Source: Oscillospiraceae bacterium
Lineage (GTDB): Bacteria; Bacillota; Clostridia; Oscillospirales; SIG627
NCBI GenBank assembly: GCA_015065085.1
Contig: SVQW01000001.1
Coordinates: 21,750 to 85,749, forward strand
Length of the DNA stretch: 64,000 bases
Direction of reading: 5' to 3'
Part shown: piece after piece, positions 7,822 to 16,766 of the stretch
Numbering within the stretch: position 1 is the stretch's first letter
How the letters are laid out: every line of letters starts with the position of its first letter
Notes under the pieces: model-generated
What the model was told of the DNA's origin: nothing
The model's database searches: none
The model's input: the letters and a program-made list of their open reading frames with translations, nothing else
Program-made: the position numbers and the translations under genes

Positions 7822-10800
7822 TTATTTTACTGTTACAAAAACACCTTTTCCGTTTTCAAGCGTTACATTAAAGTATCCGTTTTCGTCCGGAACTAGGATT
7901 GTTGGATAGCCGTTGATATAAGCTGTTACTGTGCCCGAAGCTACCTTGAATCCGATTTCTGCTGATGCCGGTGCCGAAAGGTCGTTGTGATTCACCAGGG
8001 TAAATGCGGTAGATGCATCGGTTTTTGACTCAAAGCATCCGATAAGCAGAGGTTTGTCACACTTGATTTCGGTTATGGTATCAAATTTGCAGGGTTGGTC
8101 AATTTCCAGCCAGGGACAAGTCTCGGCAGAATAGTTATGGTTGAATGCACCGATATTGCTGTAATTGAGGTATACATCCTCAAAACGCTTGATTTCGTTA
8201 TGGAACTGCTGTAAAGCGTAGTATGCAGGGGCCTTTTCACCGTTTGCATCAATAGGGGTTTCGTAATGTCCCTTGTAGCTTGCGTATACATAGTACATAA
8301 TGGCTTTGGCACCAAATGACATTACGGTATATCCCTGCCAGTAAATATCTTCAACATCTGTTGCGCGGTGATTGCTTCCCCAGTAACAGCACTGGTTTAC
8401 AACCCAGAAATCACGTCCGCTTTCACGGCAGGCGCGCGCTACAGCTTCAATCGCTTTTACATATTCCTTGTATGTTTTCTTTGCAGTGTAGCAGGGGTAA
8501 ATGTCGGCGCAAATGTAATTCGTGGGTACATTTGCAATATATTCGGAAAGGTATTTTGAGTAGACATCTTTTTGGCTTTCGTAGTATTCAATGGCTGCCG
8601 CGCCTGCCCCCTCTGCCAGCTGTGCGTTGCTTGAATAAAGAGGAAGAAGATTGACGTAAGCGATTTTGTCCGGGTAAAGTGCGTTGAATTCTTTTACTCC
8701 CTGTCCTATGGCGGGGAAGAGATTGTATCCGGGTTCGTCTACCATGGAGAGACCTGCATAAGGAATTATATCTGCGTAAGCCTCTATGTAATTTGCTTTT
8801 GATGGGTCGAATATGCGCTCTGCCGTCATTGCGTTCCAATCGCTGTATACAAATTCGATTCCGTATCTTTCGTACCATTCAAAGCCGTTCTGTTTTGAAA
8901 TGTTGCTCAGATGAGGCGGCTGAAGTATGGCAAAATTGATGCCTGCCTCGTGCATTGCCCTTACCTGGCTTTCATCAAAAAGATTGAGATCCTCGGGATG
9001 GGGGATGTATGCACCGAGAATAAGTCTGTCCTTTGAAAGCGGTTTGAATTCCATTGAACTTTCGCTTGTTTCAAAGAAATCGAGCTCCAGACCAAGTATG
9101 GATTTTATAAGACGTGCCATTACGGTTGCAACCTCTGCACGTGTGGAGCTGCCGTAGGGGTCAAATATTCCGTTGCCTTTGCCGTTTATGATCCCAACTG
9201 ATTGAACCGAGGAAATCGCTGATTTTACAGCTTCGTCGAGAGAGGCTATGTCGGTGAATTCTTGAGCGGGAGCTTCTTTGAAGGTGTAGCCGTATATGCT
9301 GATGTATTTTGAAATGTAAAGAGCCATATCGCTTCTCGTTATAGGCTCATCCGGGAAAAACAAGCTTTTGGAAATTCCGCTTGCTATACCGGAGGTGCAT
9401 GCCCATTTTATATAAGGCGCATAGTACTCTGAAACATTAACATCGCCAAAGCCTGTTTCCCCTTGATATAGCGCGGTGTCAACATTTTGCATTCTTCCCA
9501 GCACTGTTATGAACATACCGCGGGTCATAGCAATGTCGGGACTGAACTCGGTAGGACTTGTACCACCGAAAAGATTGCGGTTTGAAGCGTACATTATTGT
9601 TGCGTAGCCCCAATGTCCCGCAATATCATCATACTTTTTGCTGTTGTATTTAAGTCCATAGGTTCCTGCACGGTTTGCAACATATATTGTTCTGCCTGCA
9701 TTGGAATGTGAAAGCGCCACAACATTTTCGTTTCCTTGTGCATCGGTGTACTTTACAACCGGACCACCTATTATCTTATCGGGATTCTCCGCAGTTGTAT
9801 TGGAAATGGAATACTGTTCGATTTCTTCACCTGCTTTTACCGTTCCGGCAGGGAGAATTATTTTCTGTGTTCCGTAATTTACGGTTACGGTGTCATGACC
9901 TTCCGGAGGGAGTATGCTACCTGCAGAATAAGCTTTTGCGGCTTCTACGTTCGGGAAAAGTGCCACGTAGTCAAGAATGATAGCAATCTTTTCCGAATTG
10001 ATATGTGGGTCATAACGTATGCCGGTTATGATTCCATTCCAAGCGGAAGAAGAAATATCTTTCTTCATGTCGATGATCAGATCCTGCCACTGACCGTCTG
10101 CAACAAAATCTACCTGATGGTAGGTACCATTATCACCCATCTGCGCATTTTTGGTGCTGAAGAATATTTGTGCAGATTGATTTGTGCCAAGGTTTTCTTC
10201 CGTTTTGAAGCGTATTTTCAAGACACTCAGGTCATCGGCATAGAAATATTCTTCCTCGGGCAGGGTACGTGTGATATGCGGGTCATTTCCGCTGTTTATC
10301 AAACGTAGATAACCGCTGTCAAAATCGGTTTTTACTTGATACGAATTGGTGAGATAATTTCTGAAGTCTGTAAGACTACGGAAAGAATATATGATATTTT
10401 CCGGTTTTTCGGTTCTGAGAATTTTATTCTTTGCCTCTTCGAGCTGTTTTTCGTGCTCGATTATGTCTTGTTCTGTGACTTCAACGGGATACATCATCAT
10501 CGCATATTCATTGTCGAACAGGGCAATGTAGTCAAGGTAAATATCGGTTGTTTCCCTGGAAACAGTAGGGTCATATCTGAGTTGCTTGAGCGTACCGCTG
10601 TAAAGAGAAAGCTTTGAAAGATCCAATGTTGCTTCGGTGAATTCATCAGCATTTACGGCACAGTTCAATTCTGTGTAACTTCCGGGGGCACCCAATTCAC
10701 CGCTTGAGTCGGTTTGGGTGAAAATTTGCGCGGTTATACGTCCGTCAACGCCAGCGGTCTTGAAACGGACTTTAATGTATTTATATACCGAGGTGTCAAT

Positions 10801-11016
10801 ATCAAGGTTGATTACCGGTAAAAAAAAGTACGGGTCATTGCTTTTGTTGGTGAGCTTTGTAACTCCGTCTTCAAGAGCGACAGTGAGAGAACCTTTGTTT
10901 GTGATGTTTGTTTTGATGTCCTCCTGGGTGTTAAATGTGAAGACTATTGGCTTTGCGGCAAAAGCAGCTGTGACAAGTACTAAAATAAGTGCCAGAAACA
11001 TAAGGATTTTTTTCAT
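7822..11016 (-). CDS. Secreted cell-surface protein: signal peptide, two copies of a ~150-aa module, three SLH domains, and a C-terminal glycoside-hydrolase-like TIM-barrel region
   Basis: I place the start at MKKILMFLALILVLVTAAFA (ATG 11016, preceded by AAGGAGG). The SLH repeats are DIAGHWGYATIMYA..., FGDVNVSEYYAPYIKWA... and FTDIASLDEAVKSAISS...; the C-terminal ~400 aa is read as GH-like only by general appearance. Confidence 0.8.
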   Translation of the reverse strand: MKKILMFLALILVLVTAAFAAKPIVFTFNTQEDIKTNITNKGSLTVALEDGVTKLTNKSNDPYFFLPVINLDIDTSVYKYIKVRFKTAGVDGRITAQIFTQTDSSGELGAPGSYTELNCAVNADEFTEATLDLSKLSLYSGTLKQLRYDPTVSRETTDIYLDYIALFDNEYAMMMYPVEVTEQDIIEHEKQLEEAKNKILRTEKPENIIYSFRSLTDFRNYLTNSYQVKTDFDSGYLRLINSGNDPHITRTLPEEEYFYADDLSVLKIRFKTEENLGTNQSAQIFFSTKNAQMGDNGTYHQVDFVADGQWQDLIIDMKKDISSSAWNGIITGIRYDPHINSEKIAIILDYVALFPNVEAAKAYSAGSILPPEGHDTVTVNYGTQKIILPAGTVKAGEEIEQYSISNTTAENPDKIIGGPVVKYTDAQGNENVVALSHSNAGRTIYVANRAGTYGLKYNSKKYDDIAGHWGYATIMYASNRNLFGGTSPTEFSPDIAMTRGMFITVLGRMQNVDTALYQGETGFGDVNVSEYYAPYIKWACTSGIASGISKSLFFPDEPITRSDMALYISKYISIYGYTFKEAPAQEFTDIASLDEAVKSAISSVQSVGIINGKGNGIFDPYGSSTRAEVATVMARLIKSILGLELDFFETSESSMEFKPLSKDRLILGAYIPHPEDLNLFDESQVRAMHEAGINFAILQPPHLSNISKQNGFEWYERYGIEFVYSDWNAMTAERIFDPSKANYIEAYADIIPYAGLSMVDEPGYNLFPAIGQGVKEFNALYPDKIAYVNLLPLYSSNAQLAEGAGAAAIEYYESQKDVYSKYLSEYIANVPTNYICADIYPCYTAKKTYKEYVKAIEAVARACRESGRDFWVVNQCCYWGSNHRATDVEDIYWQGYTVMSFGAKAIMYYVYASYKGHYETPIDANGEKAPAYYALQQFHNEIKRFEDVYLNYSNIGAFNHNYSAETCPWLEIDQPCKFDTITEIKCDKPLLIGCFESKTDASTAFTLVNHNDLSAPASAEIGFKVASGTVTAYINGYPTILVPDENGYFNVTLENGKGVFVTVK

Positions 11017-11170
11017 ATTTTTCCTCCTTAATATTATATGAATGTGAGTCAAGTATAGTGGAAAATATACACATTGTAAATGGAATAAAAGCGCTTTTAT
11101 GGAATTTTTGAAACGTAACTTAAATACACAAACCGCAAAAACCGCTTTTGTACAAGTGCGTTTACAAATA

Positions 11171-11206
11171 AAAACCGTTTGTCTGCAAAAGCAGACAAAC
11201 GGTTTT
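11171..11206 (-). terminator. Intrinsic terminator downstream of secG (AAAACCGTTTGTCTGC-AAAA-GCAGACAAACGGTTTT)
   Basis: Perfect 16-bp stem with a T-run on both strands. Confidence 0.8.
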
Positions 11207-11223
11207 TGTGAAAACTTTTGTTA

Positions 11224-11715
11224 TTATTCAGCTACGGGAGTCTGTTCCTGAGTATCAGCTTCGCCCTCGGTTACAGGCTCGGTGCCTTCAACAGTGCCTT
11301 CGGCAACTGTATCATCGGTGACTTCTGCTGCATCGTTGTTCTCAACAGCTGCTTCGCCATTGTCTTCGACAACAGCATCACCGTTTTCAATAGCATCGCC
11401 TTCGGTGTTTTCAGTTGCAGTATCATCAGCAACTACACTGTTTTCAATATCATTGCCGTCAATCTCGATGTATTCCATTTCGTTGGGCTGCAGTACATAT
11501 ACAACAACAACCAGAATAACAAAGATTATAGCAACGATAGTAGTAAGCTTGGAGAGCATAGCGTCAAGAGAACGACCTTTGGTCTTGCCAAAGAAAGTCT
11601 CAGCGCCGCCGGCAATAGTTCCGGAGAGATTGTGGCTCTTACCGTGCTGCATAAGAACTGCAACGGTCAGAAATACAGCCATCAATAACAAAAGTACGCA
11701 AAGAACGATTGTCAT
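11224..11715 (-). CDS. secG: Preprotein translocase subunit SecG with a ~85-aa acidic C-terminal extension
   Basis: The N-terminal 75 aa match the SecG pattern (LLMAVFLTVAVLMQHGKSHNLSGTIAGGAETFFGK...LSKLTTIVAIIFVILVVVV). The remainder is a D/E/T/N/V-rich tail. Confidence 0.75.
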   Translation of the reverse strand: MTIVLCVLLLLMAVFLTVAVLMQHGKSHNLSGTIAGGAETFFGKTKGRSLDAMLSKLTTIVAIIFVILVVVVYVLQPNEMEYIEIDGNDIENSVVADDTATENTEGDAIENGDAVVEDNGEAAVENNDAAEVTDDTVAEGTVEGTEPVTEGEADTQEQTPVAE

Positions 11716-11753
11716 TTGAATTCCTCCTAAAATATTTTACACGCTATATCGGC

Positions 11754-11999
11754 TTAGTCGCTGATATAGGGGAGAATAGCGATATGACGAGCACGCTTGA
11801 TAGCTGTTGTAAGCTGTCTCTGGTGCTTAGCGCAAGTACCGGTAATTCTGCGGGGAAGAATCTTAGAACGCTCCGAAACAAACTTGCGAAGACGGGGAAC
11901 GTCTTTGTAGTCTATATGCTCAATTTTGTCTGCGCAGAAAGCACAGAATTTTTTTCTCTTCTTGGTGTTCTTAAAATTTTTCTGCATATCCTTATCCAT
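11754..11999 (-). CDS. rpsR: 30S ribosomal protein S18
   Basis: [63 protein letters not shown]. Confidence 0.95.
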   Translation of the reverse strand: MDKDMQKNFKNTKKRKKFCAFCADKIEHIDYKDVPRLRKFVSERSKILPRRITGTCAKHQRQLTTAIKRARHIAILPYISD

Positions 12000-12029
12000 G
12001 ACGAAAAACCTCCTTTAAAAATTTTCGTT

Positions 12030-12473
12030 TCAGAACGGCAAATCCTCATCGGTAGCCATTTCTTCAAAATCAGTATCTTTCGAAGCATTGCTGTAAGGTG
12101 CAGGCTCGGCATTCATCATGGGAGCGGAAGCTCCGGGAGCGTTGTCGGATTTGCGTTCCACAAAGGAAACCTCATCAGCTACAACCTCGGTGATGTAATG
12201 CTTCTGACCCTGCTGATCGGTCCAATTTCTGGTTTGGAGCGATCCGCAAACAAGAATGCTCTTGCCTTTTGAAAAATACTTTGTCACAAATTCAGCCGTG
12301 TTTCTCCAGCAAACAATGTTGATGAAATCGGTCTGCTGCTGAGAAGAATCGCGGGAAAACTTGCGACCGACGGCAATGGTGAAGGAAGTAACGGCAATAC
12401 CCGTCTGAGTCTGTTTGAGTTCCGGGTCTGCAACAAGATTTCCAATCAAGATAACCTTATTGAAAGCTGCCAT
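12030..12473 (-). CDS. ssb: Single-stranded DNA-binding protein
   Basis: NKVILIGNLVADPELKQT OB-fold N-terminus and an acidic C-terminal tip DEDLPF. Located between rpsF and rpsR. Confidence 0.95.
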   Translation of the reverse strand: MAAFNKVILIGNLVADPELKQTQTGIAVTSFTIAVGRKFSRDSSQQQTDFINIVCWRNTAEFVTKYFSKGKSILVCGSLQTRNWTDQQGQKHYITEVVADEVSFVERKSDNAPGASAPMMNAEPAPYSNASKDTDFEEMATDEDLPF

Positions 12474-12487
12474 TGTTTTTTTCCTCC

Positions 12488-12784
12488 TTATTCTTCAACT
12501 TTAACGGTAAGGGAACGAAGAATTCCGTCAGTGATGTTGAAGACTCTTTCGAGCTCAGCGGGGAAATCGTGAGCTGCGGAATAGTTAACAAGTGTGTAGT
12601 AACCGTCGGTTACGTCATCGATGGGGTATGCAAGCTTTCTCTTGCCCCAATCTTCCACCTTTTCAACTGTTCCGTTAGCGCTGATCATATCCTTGAACTT
12701 TGTGATCAAGGTGTTAACCGCTTCTTCTTCAAGCTCTGCGCTGACAACGAAAATGGTTTCGTACTTAGAAGTAATCTTTTCCAC
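12488..12784 (-). CDS. rpsF: 30S ribosomal protein S6 (GTG start)
   Basis: YETIFVVSAELEEEAV...WGKRKLAYPI. The GTG at 12784 is preceded by AAGGAGGTG. Confidence 0.93.
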   Translation of the reverse strand: MEKITSKYETIFVVSAELEEEAVNTLITKFKDMISANGTVEKVEDWGKRKLAYPIDDVTDGYYTLVNYSAAHDFPAELERVFNITDGILRSLTVKVEE

Positions 12785-12869
12785 TTCTTTTACACCTCCT
12801 TATAGACTAAAGGCCTGACGCTTATGCGAAAGGCAAGGAATACGGACGGATATGTCCGCAATACAAGTA

Positions 12870-12898
12870 ATTATACAATATTCACTTAATTTTGTCAA
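12870..12898 (-). promoter_or_regulatory. Consensus sigma-A-type promoter for rpsF-ssb-rpsR (TTGACA-17-TATAAT), followed by a ~80-nt leader
   Basis: Reverse complement reads TTGACAAAATTAAGTGAATATTGTATAAT. The leader could hold an S6:S18-responsive structure, which I did not verify. Confidence 0.6.
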
Positions 12899-12932
12899 TA
12901 CCTTTTTTGAAAAAATTTACATTTTATAAATA

Positions 12933-12964
12933 TATGCAGAGACGGTTAAAAACGCCTCTGCATA
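12933..12964 (-). terminator. Hairpin terminator after the GltD-like gene
   Basis: On the - strand, TATGCAGAG...CTCTGCATA is followed by a T/A-rich run. Confidence 0.55.
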
Positions 12965-12971
12965 CATAAAA

Positions 12972-15005
12972 CTATTTAATTATTTTCAGAGCACCGGTAG
13001 GACATACCTTGGCGCACTTTTGACAATCTCTGCAGAATGCCGTAACACTGTCGTCCCTGAATTCGGGCTTAATAACCGTTTTAAATCCGCGGTCCACAAG
13101 TCCCAGAATACCTTTTTTGACATCCTCTTCGCATATACGTACACACAGATTGCAAAGAATACACTTGCCCTGGTCGCGTTCGATGGAAGCAAGACGCGTT
13201 TCCTTGAAACTGCTGTGAAGTTCACCGCATAAACGTCCCGGGTCTATTCCTTCAACCATGTTGGCGTATTTTATGAGTCGGCAGTCAGCGTAGTCGTGAC
13301 ATCCGCATTCAAGGCATCTTGATGCTTCTTTCATTGCCGCTTCGCGAGTGAGCCCAAGATTAACTTCTTTGAAGTCATGCTTTCTTTCCTCTGCCGGACG
13401 ATGAGGCATTTTAACACGGGGCATTTTTTGACGGTCTGCAAAGAAGTCGGGAGCAGGCTCCGTTTTTGAAAGATAGGGAGCTTTGTAAGGCACTTGATTT
13501 CCGTTAAGATAGCTGTTTATGACCTCTGCTGCTTTGTTTGCTTCGCCTATCGCACTGATAGCGATGTCCGCACCGCGGTTTGTAGCATCACCGATAGCAA
13601 ATACACCGTCACATGATGTGCGGAAAGTGGCTGTATCTGCAGAAATTATACCGCGCTGATTAAGCTCAATACCGTCAAATCCGTTTACGTTGACCTTCTG
13701 ACCGATAGCGGCTATAACACTGTCGGCTTGCAGGATTTCAAATTTTCCTTCAACCGGAACGGGACTGCGTCTGCCGCTGGCATCCGGTTCACCCAATTCC
13801 ATTATCTGAAGCTTTACGGCACTTACCTTTCCGTTTTCGCTAATTATTTCGGCAGGGTTGCACAGGAATTTGAAGTTTACACCTTCCTCGCACGCTTCAA
13901 TGTACTCTATTTCTTCGGCGGGCATTTCGTTGCGGGTTCTTCTGTAAATGACATAGACGTTTTCAGCGCCAAGTCGTACTGCTGTTCTGCATGCGTCCAT
14001 GGCAGTGTTTCCGCCGCCTACAACAACAACATTTTTACCTATATCGGGTTTGTTGCCGAGAGCTACCTCACGTAAGAAATCTATACCGCCGAACACTCCG
14101 TCGGTATTTTCTCCGTCGCATCCGACTTTTGAGGATTTCCAGGCACCGATAGCTATGACTGTGGCATCGTTTGAGGCTTTTATTTCCTCGAATGAAATAT
14201 CCTTGCCTATTTTGCAGTCACACAACATTTTTACACCCATCTTAGCAATGGATTCGATTTCTGCATCAAGAATCGCTTTGGGGAGACGGTACTCGGGAAT
14301 ACCGTAACGAAGCATACCGCCCATTTTAGGCATGGCGTCATACACCGTTACCTCGTGACCTGCTTTGCGCAGGAAATACGCCGCCGTAAGACCGCCCGGA
14401 CCTCCGCCTATTATTGCGACCTTTTTTCCTGTGTCGGGTGATACTTCGGGCATATATTTGTCATTCGAAAATAAATCTGCATCCGAAGCATAATACTTAA
14501 GATGCGCAATGGAAATGGGTTCCTCAACCATTTTTCTGCGGCAGGCTGTTTCGCACGGATGGGGGCATATTCTGCCGATGGAAGAGGGGAGAGGAAGCTT
14601 TTCCTTTATTATTTTTACCGCTTCTTTTTCATTTCCGAGAGCTATTTGCTTCACATATTCCTGACAGGAGGTTCCTGCGGGGCAATTAAGCTTGCATGGA
14701 CCGACGCAGTCGCCCTTGTGGTCAGACATGAGAAGCTCCAGTGCTATTTTTCGTGCCTGCTTTACACGCGGACTGTCCGTATGTATTACCATGCCGTCGC
14801 TTGCAACTGTGGCACAGGCGCGGAGAAGCTTGGGCATTCCTTCGGCTTCAACAACGCATACACCGCACGCACCGTAAAGCTTGACTTTTTCGTGATAGCA
14901 CAGGGTGGGTATTTCTATTTTGTTGGCAAAAGCAATTTTAAGTATGGTGTCTCCACTGTTCCCGGAGACCTTCTTTCCGTCTATTGTTATGTTTATTGTA
15001 CTCAT
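12972..15005 (-). CDS. Fe-S flavoprotein: NuoG-type [2Fe-2S] N-terminus, a GltD/NfnB-like NAD(P)H-FAD oxidoreductase core, and C-terminal 2x[4Fe-4S] (StnC-like)
   Basis: N-terminus ITIDGKKV...CYHEKVKLYGACGVCVVE. GltD signatures GRICPHPCETACRR and VAIIGGGPGGLTAAYFLRKAGHEVTVYDAMPKMGGMLRYGIPEYRLPK. Ferredoxin motifs CILCNLCVRICE and CRDCQKCAKVCP. Confidence 0.75.
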   Translation of the reverse strand: MSTINITIDGKKVSGNSGDTILKIAFANKIEIPTLCYHEKVKLYGACGVCVVEAEGMPKLLRACATVASDGMVIHTDSPRVKQARKIALELLMSDHKGDCVGPCKLNCPAGTSCQEYVKQIALGNEKEAVKIIKEKLPLPSSIGRICPHPCETACRRKMVEEPISIAHLKYYASDADLFSNDKYMPEVSPDTGKKVAIIGGGPGGLTAAYFLRKAGHEVTVYDAMPKMGGMLRYGIPEYRLPKAILDAEIESIAKMGVKMLCDCKIGKDISFEEIKASNDATVIAIGAWKSSKVGCDGENTDGVFGGIDFLREVALGNKPDIGKNVVVVGGGNTAMDACRTAVRLGAENVYVIYRRTRNEMPAEEIEYIEACEEGVNFKFLCNPAEIISENGKVSAVKLQIMELGEPDASGRRSPVPVEGKFEILQADSVIAAIGQKVNVNGFDGIELNQRGIISADTATFRTSCDGVFAIGDATNRGADIAISAIGEANKAAEVINSYLNGNQVPYKAPYLSKTEPAPDFFADRQKMPRVKMPHRPAEERKHDFKEVNLGLTREAAMKEASRCLECGCHDYADCRLIKYANMVEGIDPGRLCGELHSSFKETRLASIERDQGKCILCNLCVRICEEDVKKGILGLVDRGFKTVIKPEFRDDSVTAFCRDCQKCAKVCPTGALKIIK

Positions 15006-15014
15006 TTCAAAACC

Positions 15015-16766
15015 TCAATCTGCAGATATTGCACCGAATTTACACAGTGTGATGCATTGTCCGCATTTTATGCATTTTTCTCCGTCTATGCTGAATGCCT
15101 TTCCCTTTTCTCCGGAGATGGCTGAAACGGGACATTTTTTCGCACAAAGTGTACATCCGCGACACTTCTCCGGAGCGATGGTGTATGAAAGAAGAGCTGT
15201 ACATTCCTTTGCGGGACATTTTTTGTTATTGATGTGCGCATCATATTCATTCTTGAAATATTTAATAGTTGTAAGCACGGGGTTGGGTGCAGTTTGTCCA
15301 AGACCGCACAGCGCTCCGTCTTTAATACCGTGGCAAAGCTCTTCAAGAAGCTCGGTGTCTCCCTCTTTGCCGTTGCCGTCCACAATGCGGGTGAGTATTT
15401 CCAGCATGCGTTTTGTGCCTATACGGCAGTGTACGCATTTGCCGCAGGATTCTTTGGCAGTAAAGTCTAAAAAGAATTTGGCCATACCTACCATACATGT
15501 GGATTCATCCATTACAACCATGCCGCCCGAGCCCATGATAGCACCTGTCGCCGCCAGAGCTTTGTAATCGATTACGGTGTCGAATTTATCGATCGGGATA
15601 CATCCGCCGGAGGGACCTCCCATCTGTACGGCTTTGCATTTTTTGTCATTTTTAATGCCGCCTCCGATGCCGAAAATAACATCGTTCAGCGTCATTCCCA
15701 TGGGAACTTCAACCAGACCGCCGCGCTTGATTTTGCCTGTAAGAGCAAAAACCTTTGTACCCTTGCTGTTTTCGGTACCCATCGCGGAGAACTTTTGCCC
15801 GCCGTTGAGAAGTATCCATGCCACATTTGCAAAAGTTTCTACGTTATTAATATTGGAAGGCTGATTGTTATATCCGCACTGCGCGGGGAAGGGAGGTTTA
15901 AGTCTGGGCATACCTCTGTTTCCCTCCAACGATTCGATAAGAGCGGTTTCTTCACCGCACACAAATGCACCTGCACCTGCTTTTATACGCATATCGCAGG
16001 AAAAGCCCGTACCCATGATATTGTCGCCCAACATACCTTTTTCACGTGCCTGCTTTATGGCATTTTCGAGTCTGATAATGGCAAGCGGATATTCCGCACG
16101 CACATATACAACCGCATGCTGTGCACCTATCGCGTATGCTGCTATCATCATACCTTCAATAAGATTGTGCGGGTCACTTTCAATTACAGCTCGGTCCATA
16201 AATGCACCCGGGTCGCCCTCGTCTGCATTACATATCAAATACTTTGGCTCGGATTGGGAAGCTCTTGCAGCGTTCCACTTGAACCAGGTGGGGAAGCCCG
16301 CACCTCCTCGCCCTGCAAGCCCCGATACTTTTATTTCTTCTATTACCTCTTCGGGTGTCATTTGTGTAAGCGCTTTTCTGAGTGCCGAATAACCGTCTGC
16401 GGCTATGTACTCATCTATGTTCGTTGGGTCTATTACACCACAGTTGCGCAGAGCAATACGTGTTTGTTTGTCAAGAAATGATTTGTCTTCATCGGATATT
16501 TTCAATTTTTCTGTAATTGAAAAATCATCAGTTTGAATTGCATTCGCTATGTCAGCGGCATCGCTTTCCGACACTTTTACAAGCCGTGTTATAAGGGTGT
16601 CATCTTCGTATATGTCTACAATCGGCTCAAGGTAGCACATACCGATACATCCTGTGATTCCGAGAACGGCTTTTGAAGTATCAAGATGTTTTTTTATCGC
16701 ATTGTAGACCTTGCCTGCACCTGCGGCAATTCCGCAGCTGCCCTGACCGACTACTACTCTTTTCAT
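15015..16766 (-). CDS. NuoF/HydB-like NADH-binding FMN Fe-S subunit
   Basis: GLAGRGGAGFPTWFKW (FMN/NADH site), ESCGKCVHCRIG (N3 cluster), an N-terminal thioredoxin-like 2Fe-2S region, and C-terminal 2x[4Fe-4S] (CRGCTLCAKKCP, CIKCGQCITLC). Confidence 0.9.
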   Translation of the reverse strand: MKRVVVGQGSCGIAAGAGKVYNAIKKHLDTSKAVLGITGCIGMCYLEPIVDIYEDDTLITRLVKVSESDAADIANAIQTDDFSITEKLKISDEDKSFLDKQTRIALRNCGVIDPTNIDEYIAADGYSALRKALTQMTPEEVIEEIKVSGLAGRGGAGFPTWFKWNAARASQSEPKYLICNADEGDPGAFMDRAVIESDPHNLIEGMMIAAYAIGAQHAVVYVRAEYPLAIIRLENAIKQAREKGMLGDNIMGTGFSCDMRIKAGAGAFVCGEETALIESLEGNRGMPRLKPPFPAQCGYNNQPSNINNVETFANVAWILLNGGQKFSAMGTENSKGTKVFALTGKIKRGGLVEVPMGMTLNDVIFGIGGGIKNDKKCKAVQMGGPSGGCIPIDKFDTVIDYKALAATGAIMGSGGMVVMDESTCMVGMAKFFLDFTAKESCGKCVHCRIGTKRMLEILTRIVDGNGKEGDTELLEELCHGIKDGALCGLGQTAPNPVLTTIKYFKNEYDAHINNKKCPAKECTALLSYTIAPEKCRGCTLCAKKCPVSAISGEKGKAFSIDGEKCIKCGQCITLCKFGAISAD

